Of a stretch of DNA of 64,000 bases, positions 45,660-56,500 are shown in pieces. Below the pieces are notes generated by a model. That model had not been told where the DNA came from. It saw only the letters and a list, made by a program, of their open reading frames with translations, and made no database searches. The DNA lies in IMG/VR virus record IMGVR_UViG_3300004369_000001, positions 32,001 through 96,000 of that record, one strand, 5' to 3'. This stretch comes from a virus. The translations under genes and the position numbers were made by a program. How positions within the stretch are numbered: the stretch's first letter is position 1; every line of letters starts with the position of its first letter.

Positions 45660-48236
45660 CCCATAGACCTGATGAGGACCAGCGGAGCAACCTGTTGCCA
45701 TGAATCCAGTGCCCACACCGTAGGATGCAAGACCTGTGGAAACTTGGTTAATGATAGCACCACCAGCAGAGTTTACAATCTCAGCAATACCACCAGTAGC
45801 GGTGTTGATGAATGTAAAGTGTGCCCCAGTTGTGCCTAGGACGATATCTGCCATACCACCAACGTTGGTATTCGCAAAGGAAATACGCATTTGAATGGGT
45901 GGTGTTGTGGCAGGAATGGGCACATCTGTTGTCAGGTCAATAATAGATCCATTAACAATATTAAAGATGCCACTTACAGGAGGTGGAATCAGAGATGGGA
46001 AGATATTGATCAGATTCAAGTGACCAGACTTCACAATAGATGTGATCCAGTTTGCTTCCATATCGATCTCACCGTCTGCAACCAGATCGATGACGTTACC
46101 TTCAATTTTTGTAACCTGAGAGCAAATGTTTGTGTTTCTGACAGCAGTGACGTTTACATTGGCACCTTGAATCTTAACGTCACCAGTATATCCAATGGTG
46201 TGGTCACCATGTTTCAGAGCAGCACTACCCTGCTCCTTATCATCTTTCTTACCTTGTGAGAGTTGAGATCCACCAGGACGACGACCCCACTTGTCAGCAC
46301 CAGGCTCTCTAGGAATCGGAGGATAGAAACCATACTTCTCTGCCAATGTAATAGACTCAACAGAGTTTTCAAGGTTGGCAGCGTTGTTGGATCCGCTGTT
46401 AGTTGCGCCCTGTGCGCTGTCTGCAGATGCAGTTGGTGCCCCTTCTTTAGAGGATCCAGCTGCTTCTGTTTGTGGACCATTACTTGTATTTTCGTTATAT
46501 GCACCAATAACTTCAAGGTGCATGTTACCCATAACTTTGAGGTGGAAATCACCCTCAATAGTCATAGTCTTGTTGCCCTTAACAGTTTCACAACAATCCT
46601 TACCAATGATTCTAGTATCGTTGTTGGGGACGTTTTTATGGACGTTACCAATAGAGTCTTCAATTGTGGAGACTGCACCAGGACCACTCACAATACGCTT
46701 CTCTTTTCCTGGCGTAGCATCTTCGATGATGCTCGTGCCATTCAAAAATGTTTGTGTGGCTTGTCTATATGGATCGAGATTAGTAAATAGATCTTGGAAA
46801 TAACCAGCACCAGACCCAGAAGCGTTTCGATATTGATCTAGGTTACGATATCCTGCAGATGCTAACGTTGTGCCTAAATCTCCACAAGTTGTAGTGCCTA
46901 CAAGTGGATACCAACCTTTCACCCTCGTGTTTTTAACAGGTCGATCACATAACTTACCGAAGATCGCTTTCAAGATTGCCAGAATAATACCCAGCAGAGA
47001 TCCCCAATCCAACTTGGAGAAGTCAACAGAAAGGATCTTACCAAGATTACTAATAGCAGATCCAAGACTCTGAGCAACCTCAACAGCGGATATAACTGTG
47101 TTGATAATATCTGCCGTTTGGGCTAGAGCATTTTGCACACCCTGCAAGATTCTATCGGTGATACCCGCCACTCTATCCATGACACCAGCAAGCACGTCAG
47201 CAATTTTATCAACAATAGCGTTTGCTAACTGGTTTGCAAAGTTTGCCACATCTGATATTGCACCCTGCACAATACCTAACCAAGCGGGGTGAGGGACGCA
47301 GAAGATATCAAGAATTTCGCCCAGGAAACTCAGAATTGTTGTAATAACAATCAGAGGCACAAAGGAAGAAATTGCCTTTACAATGATGTTGACAGCCTTA
47401 ACAATAATCTCTGCCAAGGCATTCTTTAGGGGAGCAAGAATACCAGAAATTCCACCGTAAATGAAATTCATGATTTTACTCAAGCGATCCAAGACAGGAT
47501 CACCAAGCACCTTCTTACCAGTGATCAATGAAATATAATTTCCATCTCTACCCTTGGCGAGCATGGTGGTCAGATTTGCCAACTCTGTAAGCATACGCTT
47601 CAGGTCAGTTAGGAATCCCTCACCTGCAGGACCCCTAACACCATCAGCGACACCCTGCCTCTCAGAGGGGACCACCTGGGGGTTGGATGTTGCATCTCCC
47701 TTATTGGCAAGGGCAGCAGCTGCTTCACCTAGAGCACCCCTCGATTCGTCTTTTTTCAATCCAGGACCATCTGGAGCAGCAACTACCTTAGGAGCAGTGT
47801 TTCCACCTTGGACTTTCTGTCCAGTAAGGGTCGCAGCAGCAGGAGGAGAGTCTGCATCTGCATTTGCTTGAGTGGGATCTGCAGCAAAAGTATCACTTTT
47901 AAGATCAACATCTTTAGTTGTGTGATAGGCACCCATGACCATGGGAATCTGCCCTTGCTCACCATCCATAAAGAAGCCAACAACCATGGCACCTTCTTGG
48001 AGGTTGGACATGGTGCCAACTTGTTTGACCTGTGCTTTATCAGTAGGGACTAAACAGTTTGCCCAAGGCAGTGCTTCTGTTGGTAGTTTCTTTAGGTAAT
48101 TCTCTTTGTCATTACCACCAGTATTCCAACCATAGATACGCACCTTGACACGACCAAGTTGAAGAGGATCTTTGTTGTCCTCAACCTCTCCAATCCACCA
48201 TACAAATCCATCAGATCCTGAATAGTCAGCTGCCAT
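45639..48236 (-). CDS. gp5: Baseplate central spike gp5 (no lysozyme domain apparent)
   Basis: FVWWIGEVEDNKDPLQLGRVKVRIYG..LPWA..VVGFFMDG OB-fold; beta-helix VKGN..IEGD..VMGN repeats. Confidence 0.88.
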   Translation of the reverse strand: MAADYSGSDGFVWWIGEVEDNKDPLQLGRVKVRIYGWNTGGNDKENYLKKLPTEALPWANCLVPTDKAQVKQVGTMSNLQEGAMVVGFFMDGEQGQIPMVMGAYHTTKDVDLKSDTFAADPTQANADADSPPAAATLTGQKVQGGNTAPKVVAAPDGPGLKKDESRGALGEAAAALANKGDATSNPQVVPSERQGVADGVRGPAGEGFLTDLKRMLTELANLTTMLAKGRDGNYISLITGKKVLGDPVLDRLSKIMNFIYGGISGILAPLKNALAEIIVKAVNIIVKAISSFVPLIVITTILSFLGEILDIFCVPHPAWLGIVQGAISDVANFANQLANAIVDKIADVLAGVMDRVAGITDRILQGVQNALAQTADIINTVISAVEVAQSLGSAISNLGKILSVDFSKLDWGSLLGIILAILKAIFGKLCDRPVKNTRVKGWYPLVGTTTCGDLGTTLASAGYRNLDQYRNASGSGAGYFQDLFTNLDPYRQATQTFLNGTSIIEDATPGKEKRIVSGPGAVSTIEDSIGNVHKNVPNNDTRIIGKDCCETVKGNKTMTIEGDFHLKVMGNMHLEVIGAYNENTSNGPQTEAAGSSKEGAPTASADSAQGATNSGSNNAANLENSVESITLAEKYGFYPPIPREPGADKWGRRPGGSQLSQGKKDDKEQGSAALKHGDHTIGYTGDVKIQGANVNVTAVRNTNICSQVTKIEGNVIDLVADGEIDMEANWITSIVKSGHLNLINIFPSLIPPPVSGIFNIVNGSIIDLTTDVPIPATTPPIQMRISFANTNVGGMADIVLGTTGAHFTFINTATGGIAEIVNSAGGAIINQVSTGLASYGVGTGFMATGCSAGPHQVYGLPLLLN

Positions 48237-48258
48237 TATTTAACTTGTATCTACGAAT

Positions 48259-48717
48259 TTATTTATTCACTTTCTTGAAGTGATACTCACCCTGGTGATC
48301 AGGGGTGCCCCAAATGAGTTTTCCAGTCTTATCTCTTCCGTTATCCAAAGCCCAATAATCTTCACCGTTAAAACGGGCAACACTGGTCACAAGGATCTTA
48401 TTGTGCATACACGGTCCCTCAGTCTCACCCCACCAAGTCCCACCATCCATTCTTACAAACAAGTAAGGACACCCCTCACGATCTTTAATTAAGTCGTAGG
48501 TGTGAATCTTTACGATGTCTTTATGGATGTGATGCCAAGTGTGCCTGGCATGACGATATGGATTGTGCGCCCCTTGATAGTCATACCAAGACTTAGAAGT
48601 AAATACTTTCCCTTCTTCTTCTATCTCGAAGAGTAAATTTATATGAGGCCAAAGAGAAGGATTGGAATATGCCTGCTTTGTATTTTTATAGTGTCCTATA
48701 AGCTGTTCTTCAAACAT
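48259..48717 (-). CDS. cpeT: Phage CpeT/CpcT-like bilin lyase
   Basis: GHYKNTKQAYSNPSLWPHI..SWYDYQG..PYR..DNGRD..IWG..YHFKK. Confidence 0.8.
   Translation of the reverse strand: MFEEQLIGHYKNTKQAYSNPSLWPHINLLFEIEEEGKVFTSKSWYDYQGAHNPYRHARHTWHHIHKDIVKIHTYDLIKDREGCPYLFVRMDGGTWWGETEGPCMHNKILVTSVARFNGEDYWALDNGRDKTGKLIWGTPDHQGEYHFKKVNK
48260..48267 (-). promoter_or_regulatory. Late promoter (AATAAATA)
   Basis: ATAAATA core just upstream of gp5. Confidence 0.65.
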
Positions 48718-48738
48718 TCTCTGAAAACCGACAAGCTC

Positions 48739-48767
48739 ATTCTAATTATTATTGAGGATGTTGTCAA
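48739..48767 (-). promoter_or_regulatory. Sigma70-like promoter
   Basis: TTGACA-N17-TAGAAT. Confidence 0.75.
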
Positions 48768-48768
48768 G

Positions 48769-48981
48769 TCAATCGTCGTAGACTAGACACTCAGGCGAGC
48801 TTGGGTTGTTGTCACAATACAATTCCAGAGAAGTGGGATCGTGATGATCCTCAGGATGATTCTCATGATACGACTCAAGATCTTCCAATTCAGATTCCAG
48901 ATGGCGGCGACGTTGAGCAGAGATAGTAGGATTAGAGAGCTCCTCTTTGTCTGCCTCTATATGCTTTTCAATCGATTCCAT
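48769..48981 (-). CDS. cp12: CP12 Calvin-cycle inhibitor
   Basis: C-terminal LELYCDNNPSSPECLVYDD. Confidence 0.93.
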   Translation of the reverse strand: MESIEKHIEADKEELSNPTISAQRRRHLESELEDLESYHENHPEDHHDPTSLELYCDNNPSSPECLVYDD

Positions 48982-49005
48982 TTTATGTTTACAGTAATAC
49001 TTAAG

Positions 49006-49013
49006 TATTTATT
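49006..49013 (-). promoter_or_regulatory. Late promoter (AATAAATA)
   Basis: ATAAATA core 25 nt upstream of cp12. Confidence 0.55.
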
Positions 49014-50418
49014 ACTTTGCTTTCCTAATCGAATCTTTTGTTAGATACAGAGTTGTGATCATCCCTTGCTTTCTGAAAGCGTGGTGAAGGCTTGCAATTA
49101 AGTATTTTCCAGAGTAGACTCTATCTTCAACAACTTGACCATCCTCGGATTTAGATTCAGGGATACTAACCTCAATGATCTGTCCGACCGTTAGCATAGT
49201 ATTTCCTGGCACTACAATCGTTAGTTGGATAGAGTTAAGCAAGGCATATCTTGCCGATGCATATGAAGCGACTTGAATAGTATCGATGTGCTCTGTCGTG
49301 CCTCCATTGGCGTTACCACCTCCCTTAGGCATGTGGTTAAGTGACGGCATCACCCTAAACTTATATCTTGTCGCTGGTTGTGTATCTGGATTGGTAAACT
49401 TAGTGCCTGGGAATGGTGGCTCAGTATCAATAGTGTTTGCTTTTTTGAAGGTTTTCTCGAATGTGGGCTCCATATTCTTAATCTTCACATTCGCTGTGCT
49501 ATTGCCAGATCCACTCCCTCCACTTGGAAGGAATGATTGACCTTGAGCAGCAATAGAAATACCCAACACTGATGTCTTGTAGAGACCAGAGCGTAACTTC
49601 TCCAGATGATTTGTCTTGTCTGGATATGTTGCTGACTGAATCTTGTAAAACTCGTCAATGGGGTCGTTAGTCTCAACAGATTGCTGTGAGTATGTAAACT
49701 TCCTTCCACTCACTCCTTGGCTGCACAGGGCATCAATAGACTTGAAATGGAATCCATCTTTGTTTTCGTAGAAGAGGAATCCAGACTGTGCTTCAGATAC
49801 CTTACCACCAGCAGATCCACCTTTTCTGACAACTTTGTCGGAGCAGTATACGATAGCATCGATGGGTCTCCAATTTGGACTGTAGAAACAGATCTGGGAA
49901 TGTGCCTCAAAGTTTTCACTTTTGACCTTGCTCCCTCCCTTGAGGACATCTTTGGCAACGTATTTGGGAAAATGCTCTTTATTTTTGTGCTTCTCACAAG
50001 GACCAAAGGCACCAAAGATTCTTCTTGCCTCATTCAAGAATTGCTCATGAGATACACAATGAAGGATATACACAACTGCTCTTTCATTCTTAACAAAACT
50101 TCCAACCTTAAACAGTCGGAAGATGACTTCAAGGGGCTCGTCATTAGAGCTCTCTGATGTTAGTTTTACCTTTACGACTTCTTTACCACGCAGACTCTTA
50201 TATAAGTCGATAGCATCAACTATAGTGATATCACATCTTAAGAATGGTGCATCAATCGATTCGTAGTAGTTAATTTCTGCTACAAGCTCTCGAATATCAA
50301 TAGCATTCTTACCACTCGATCTTTGTTTTGGATTGAGGGGTGCTTCCCAATCCATTTCCGCTCCGAGAGTGATGCTGCATTCGTTTAATGCTATTTGTTT
50401 TGCTTTACGACTTGCCAT
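49012..50418 (-). CDS. Baseplate hub protein (gp27-like)
   Basis: YYESIDAP, FLFYENKDGFHFKSIDAL, VPGNTMLTVGQII, YSGKYLIASLHH. Confidence 0.7.
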   Translation of the reverse strand: MASRKAKQIALNECSITLGAEMDWEAPLNPKQRSSGKNAIDIRELVAEINYYESIDAPFLRCDITIVDAIDLYKSLRGKEVVKVKLTSESSNDEPLEVIFRLFKVGSFVKNERAVVYILHCVSHEQFLNEARRIFGAFGPCEKHKNKEHFPKYVAKDVLKGGSKVKSENFEAHSQICFYSPNWRPIDAIVYCSDKVVRKGGSAGGKVSEAQSGFLFYENKDGFHFKSIDALCSQGVSGRKFTYSQQSVETNDPIDEFYKIQSATYPDKTNHLEKLRSGLYKTSVLGISIAAQGQSFLPSGGSGSGNSTANVKIKNMEPTFEKTFKKANTIDTEPPFPGTKFTNPDTQPATRYKFRVMPSLNHMPKGGGNANGGTTEHIDTIQVASYASARYALLNSIQLTIVVPGNTMLTVGQIIEVSIPESKSEDGQVVEDRVYSGKYLIASLHHAFRKQGMITTLYLTKDSIRKAK

Positions 50419-53400
50419 TACTTAATCGTTGCGGTGAAATTCATATCGGGGTTATTTATTACAAAGGGGTTAAACTTAGAAACTTGGAATGGATCTGCTT
50501 CTAAATTCTTATTCAATGGGGGTGTAACAATAAAGTTGGTATCATCACCCTCAGCAGGGATCTCGAATGGGATGTTGTTTCCTGATCCAGCCATCTTGCG
50601 AGGGTCAAATGCATTCTCCATGGCATCCATGTATTCCTTATCCTGTGCAATCGTATTCATTGTATCTGCACTTTCTTGGAGAATTGCGGAAGTGATTGCT
50701 TCTCCCTTCCCTTGCTTCATTGCCTCACTAAACTTCTTCAATGCCTCTTCCAGTGCCTTTCCATGGTCTTGCTTCTCAGAAGTTTCTGCACTAGAAGTAG
50801 AGTCACTGCTGTCAGTAGTTGGCGCTGCCAACTTGCTGGGATCTGGGGCAGATCCAGACGGATGCAGTCCATCAGTTGTAGTGAAAGATCCACCGAATCC
50901 TGCCCCACCCGCAGCTGCAAGTGCTTTCAGTTTGTTGTTGATTTCTTCACTCTTGAAATCTGGGTAACCTTTAGATGCAGCATCACTAGAAACACCACCA
51001 AGGATAACTTGCTTTGCACCTGCTTGCTTGAGCATTGTAAGTTGCCTTTCAATGCTGTCATATGGGACATTTGTGTATGCATTGGTGGCACCAGAAGACA
51101 GGAATACTGTCTTCCCAGCAATGTCAGATTTTCTTCTGCTGATCATCTGAAGCACTTGTCCAGGTTGTGCTCCAACCATGGTCTCACCATTGGGTTTGCT
51201 CACAAGTTGCTGGTTGGATCCATTGTGACCAGCAAACCCAGAGGCAATACTATCGCCAATGAAAAAGTCATACTCACCACCTTCAGCATACCGTGGGAGG
51301 AGATTCCATTTAACTGTTGTGGGTTGATACTGTCCACCAGCAGCGAAGGGTAGGGCATACCCACCTTTTGCTGCTTCCTTCATTCTCCTGCCAGTAAGAC
51401 CCTTGTTATTGCGAGTTGCTGGGGTGTTAAATGGGACAACGAATGCGCTACCACCTGACGCTCTGCCAGGATATCCAACCCACTCAAGTCCATGTCCAAT
51501 AAAGGAAGTCGATTTACCACCGTCAAGAGATACTGGGTAACCTGACATAGGACCATTGATCCACCCACCTTTGGCAAATCCACCAAGAGATTGTGGCACT
51601 TGTCCACCTTCGGCAAACCAAGTTGAAGGATTCCAAAACTTGAATGCTTTGTCAGATTCTGCAGTAGGACCTTTACTTCTTTCAGCGAGGTGTCCGACAA
51701 GTTTTCCCATTAAACCTAGGACAGACTCTTTGCCTCCAGCAAGAATCTCATTTACTTTACCAATACCATCTTCTTGCCTTTCCTGGTCCTTACCAGACTG
51801 TGCAGCATCTTCAGCACCTTTTTCACTACCACCCAGACCAAGCATACTCAGGGGTATACCAAATGCCGAAGCAATGGGGTTGAGAAGATTCCCCAACATC
51901 TGCTTAATTGGTGCAGGTAGGAATTTAGCAAATGTCCTAGATACCTTTCCAATAGCAGATACAATACCCAAACCGATTGCTTTCAGTGGCAATCTCATCA
52001 ATTCACCTAAAGCGGCGACTTTAGTGATGAGTTGTCTCTGAATGGATTGTGGGTCGAATGGATTGATATTAGGAAGATTAAATCCATTCGCTGCGCTCTC
52101 TCCACCCTCAGCCATCTGTGGGACCACCACAGGGGTCACTACAGGACCCCCTGACGCCCTCTTTGTGGTGGTCTCCTTCTTAGGTTTTTTATCTCCACCA
52201 GCACCAGAGAAGAAGTTAAGAATCCATGTCAATGCTTTGAGTAGACCAATCAAAGGTAGGAATGCTGCAGTGCCGAAGAATCCTGCGATCTTCTTCAGAA
52301 GAGGCATATGTGGTTCGATGAAGTCTAAGATCTTCGTCATCACATTGCCAAGGGCAGTGAAGAATTCATGTGTTGCGTCTTTGATCGGTTTGAAGACTGC
52401 ATTAAACAGATCTCCAACCATTCCAAAGAATTCTTTGATTGGATCGATGATAGGCGCAAGCATCTCGCCAATAGGACCACCAATGGCACCGCCAACAAAA
52501 GCACCAGCAGCACCAGCAATAGGTGCTAGAGCACCCAGTCCAGCAGCATTCGCCAAACCTTCACCAGCAGCATAACCAGCAGCACCGCCTACAGCAGATC
52601 CTGCCAAACTTGCCTTACTCTGGTCCTCACCACCAAACATAGCGGCAGATGCAAGACCTATGCCACCACCAACAACTGCTGCCCTGCCAAATTTATTGCC
52701 CATAATCTTTCCAGGCAGGCTCTTCAACTTGGAAGCAATCTTGCTCCCTTTCATGATATTGACAAATGACTTGGCAAGATTCTTGACAACCCACATCACC
52801 CCATCGACTGCTAGTTTGGGGTTTTTCAATACTGCCATGGCAGCAAATAGTGGTGCCGCACTCAGGACAAACTGAACGGCACCGAAGAATCCTGAAATAC
52901 TCAGGGGATTCTCTAAGAATTTAACTAGACCATCAAGGGCAGATCCAACCAGAAACTCAGTAATCTTATATGCAAATTTTGCAATAGAGAGTAAACCTTT
53001 AGCAAGTTTCTTTACCTTGTCTGGGTTTTTGATCATCCAGTCAAGGACGGCAAACTTAATAAACCCTCCCAACAACCACTTGGCAACACCTGCCAAAAGA
53101 CCAAACAAACCTCCGAAAGTTTTTGCAACGCCAACTGCAAATCCTTCCATGAGTTTCTTCATGGGACCTTCTTTAATAACAGAGTCAGAATCTCTCTTCG
53201 ATCTCTGCAGTTTTTTCTTTCTATCTGTTTCGTCTCTCTTCTGCTGTAGTTTCTCCTCAGCGTCTCTCTTAGCGTTGTATTTGGTTAGTGCTGCTTGATT
53301 TTGAATCTGAATCTGAGTTGATTTCTTCATCTCAGTTAGCACACCTTCCATTGCAATAGCAATAGAATTTAAGGTGCCACCTAAACTATTAACAGCAGAA

Positions 53401-53516
53401 ATCGTTGACTTCAGACCACTAGAAGTTTCGGTTGACGCCTCAGTGTCAATCCCCTTGAATGAAACCATCTTGTAAAGTGCTGGTTTCGTGACTCGTATTG
53501 TCGGTCTTTCTGCCAT
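50418..53516 (-). CDS. Tape-measure/gp29-like tail protein with SGNH hydrolase domain
   Basis: Helical amphipathic repeats and AxGG motifs; FFIGDSIASG..SSGATN..TDGLHP. Confidence 0.65.
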   Translation of the reverse strand: MAERPTIRVTKPALYKMVSFKGIDTEASTETSSGLKSTISAVNSLGGTLNSIAIAMEGVLTEMKKSTQIQIQNQAALTKYNAKRDAEEKLQQKRDETDRKKKLQRSKRDSDSVIKEGPMKKLMEGFAVGVAKTFGGLFGLLAGVAKWLLGGFIKFAVLDWMIKNPDKVKKLAKGLLSIAKFAYKITEFLVGSALDGLVKFLENPLSISGFFGAVQFVLSAAPLFAAMAVLKNPKLAVDGVMWVVKNLAKSFVNIMKGSKIASKLKSLPGKIMGNKFGRAAVVGGGIGLASAAMFGGEDQSKASLAGSAVGGAAGYAAGEGLANAAGLGALAPIAGAAGAFVGGAIGGPIGEMLAPIIDPIKEFFGMVGDLFNAVFKPIKDATHEFFTALGNVMTKILDFIEPHMPLLKKIAGFFGTAAFLPLIGLLKALTWILNFFSGAGGDKKPKKETTTKRASGGPVVTPVVVPQMAEGGESAANGFNLPNINPFDPQSIQRQLITKVAALGELMRLPLKAIGLGIVSAIGKVSRTFAKFLPAPIKQMLGNLLNPIASAFGIPLSMLGLGGSEKGAEDAAQSGKDQERQEDGIGKVNEILAGGKESVLGLMGKLVGHLAERSKGPTAESDKAFKFWNPSTWFAEGGQVPQSLGGFAKGGWINGPMSGYPVSLDGGKSTSFIGHGLEWVGYPGRASGGSAFVVPFNTPATRNNKGLTGRRMKEAAKGGYALPFAAGGQYQPTTVKWNLLPRYAEGGEYDFFIGDSIASGFAGHNGSNQQLVSKPNGETMVGAQPGQVLQMISRRKSDIAGKTVFLSSGATNAYTNVPYDSIERQLTMLKQAGAKQVILGGVSSDAASKGYPDFKSEEINNKLKALAAAGGAGFGGSFTTTDGLHPSGSAPDPSKLAAPTTDSSDSTSSAETSEKQDHGKALEEALKKFSEAMKQGKGEAITSAILQESADTMNTIAQDKEYMDAMENAFDPRKMAGSGNNIPFEIPAEGDDTNFIVTPPLNKNLEADPFQVSKFNPFVINNPDMNFTATIK

Positions 53517-56500
53517 TATCTATGCAGTCCTGGTGTTGTCGGAGTCATAATCTGTTTGGTCTGTTTTCCTCCCGACGATTGGGGTTGCTGACCACTACCA
53601 TTATTTATCGGCACAGGCACGAGGGTAGGTCTAGTGCTCTTAGCACGCGCACGCTCACGCTCCTTCCTTTCAGCTTCTGATTTTTGCAATGCTTCTGCTT
53701 GCTTAGATTTAACATCACTCGCAGATCCAGCAGTCACTTCAGGATTTGCTTTTGCTGGAGATGTTTTAGGTCCTTCGCCCTTTCCCTTATCTAGCGGTGG
53801 TGCCTTACCAGACTTCATCGCTTCGCTAAATTTAGCAAGAGCCTCATTGAGAGTAGCGATTCTACTCTCAATAGTATCTGGTTTTTCTGGCTCTTCATCA
53901 ACGCCCCCACCGCCCCCACCACTATTGTCACCAGCAGGAGTTGAGCTTCCTTCTTTCATTGTATCTGGATCGTATGTAGCGCCAAGTTGAGCAGCAGCAA
54001 ATGCTCTATGGTCACTTGGAGATGCATCCAAGTGGACATGCACAGATCCTGATGGCTTATTACCCTGTAATCCAATTACAGTCATAGCATCAACCATCTG
54101 TCCAACACTTGTCTTGATCGCATCAAAGTGGTGGAACTGCATTCTTTCCTTGCCATTTGAAGAAATAATGACAGTATTGTGGGATCCACCTGCATGGGTT
54201 ACTTTACCGCTTACGCCAGCAACAATTGGAGTGCCTCTATCCAGACCTTGATTGCCGAAGTCCCTGACTGCAACATAATCTCTCGGAACAATAGGAGGAC
54301 CACCCAATCTATGATTGTTGTATGAATGTGTATCGGGTTTATTGTGGTGAAGTGGGTAACTATTAAATGGTGTTTGTGGCGTCAGACGCACATCAGCTAC
54401 AGATCCATTGGTGGCGAGTAGACCACCTGCAGCAAAAAATTTCCTCGGTTTGTCAGTTGTGCGCTTCGCATCTATATCTTGCTGTATCTTTTCATATACC
54501 TTTATATCGCTGGGCTCTCCCATGCCAAAACGACCGCTTCTTCTTATCCTACCGCCAGCTGCAGCAAACTGGATTTTTCTCACCAATTCTCTTTCAGCAG
54601 CAGTTGCTTTATCACTAGGTCCAACCCAAGGAGAAATCCCTCTCTCCTTAATGAGTTGGATCGCCATCTTATCTTGAACTGTGTTATTAAATTTCATGTC
54701 ATCGGTGACACCAGCGCGGGCAGCCACTCCTGGGAGTGTATTTCCAACAAACTGATATCTACCAACGGCGTGTAATTTTCCAGACGACTGCCACTGCGCC
54801 CAAGTTTGTTTTGGAGTCTGTTCTGCCTGTCTTTGTTTTATCTCACCGACAGTCATATCGGTAAGTGGTGTCTTTGAAGGATTCCAAGGTGCATCCATAA
54901 TGTTGCCAGAGAAACCAAGCACTCCACGCCCGTTATTGCTACCACCCTGGTTGACAGCATTATATCCAGCAGCACCAGACTCATATTTGGCAAGCACCCC
55001 TAGTGCTGCTCTTTCATCATCAGTTATTTCTGCGCTGAAGTCAGTCGGACCTGCTGTTGAAGGTCCACTTGGTCCACTTTGATTATTGCCTGCACTGCGT
55101 CTACCACCACCACTTTTCTGATTTGCTGCAGCCTCAACTGCCTTCTTAAGCAATCCGACCAGAGAGTTGCCACTACCACCGAGAATATTTCGAGTTGATT
55201 CGTATTTACTATCCTCCTTGGATTTAATATCCTTCGTGCCACCGAGATCACCAGATCTCGCAAGTGTGCCCAGTGCTGTGCCACCTGCTGCAGCAGGAGC
55301 AGCGGATCCAAATACTGATTGTATCCTAGCAATATCCTGAGCAATTACTTTAGAAACATCGGGAGCAACAAATCCAAAAGCATTAACGCCAGCAAGAATG
55401 GCAGATGTCAGTCCATTTCCAACAAGATCAAACGTTGCCAGTGGGTTTGCCATACCCATCATCATCGGGTTGCCGAGAGGACCACCCATCATCATCTTGG
55501 GTGTGACTATATCTGGGACAACAACCTTACCACCACCAGCAAACTGCTCAACATTTGGTTTCTGCTGTGCTGCTTTCTGGTTTGCTGCTTGTTTTAGATC
55601 AACACCATCACCAGGATTCTTACCTCTAATTACATCCCAAGCAAATCCAATCGGATTCATGGCAAATTTGACAATATTCTTAATCAAGTTGAATTGGAAA
55701 GACATTATCTTGAAGATCGTCTTAACTCCTTCGCCAATAACGAATCCCACAAACTTCATGATGGGACCGACGAATTCCATTACGAATCCGACGACCTTAC
55801 CTATCGCACCAAAGAATGCACTGAAGAAAGGTCCAACCTCTTTCAGAAGGGGATCAAAGACTGCCTTGAAGATTTCCATCCCCATGCCAAACCAACGCTT
55901 GATCGGTCCAAAAATAGGCTCGATCAGGGGTCCAATCTGACCACCAATAAACTCACCCAGGAAGTCACCGATGAATCCTCCCACCATAGGAGCAAACGGA
56001 CCCAGGAAGGGGGTCAGAAACGCTGTGCCCAGTGCTGCGCCAGCAATGCCACCAACTGCCTTACCGACGCCAGCACCGACCGCAGTGCCCTTCTCCTCGC
56101 CCTCACGGTCGCCTTCCATGATGCGTCCAACACCACCCACAACGGACATACCCGCTGATAGCAGTCCAGCACCACCACCTAACTTCGCACTTACCTTACT
56201 ACCAAAACCCTTAACTTTGTTTAATCCACGTCCCATCACGCCAGGCTTTTGTGCCCTACGCATGGCTTCATACTCTTGCTTAGAGTAGAATTTACCAGTT
56301 TCCTTATCGAAATATCCGCCTCTAGTCCTTTCCTGCTGATCGGTAACCTGATTCTCTGTCTCCTTGACTGCAGAGAATGCACCGATAATAAACTTGATAT
56401 CTGTAAGGATTCTCCAGGGTCCAGTTAGGTATCTAAGGACCAGAAGACCTCCTGTTAGTTGTAAGAAACCAAATACAAATCGAAGTCCACGCTTGACTCC

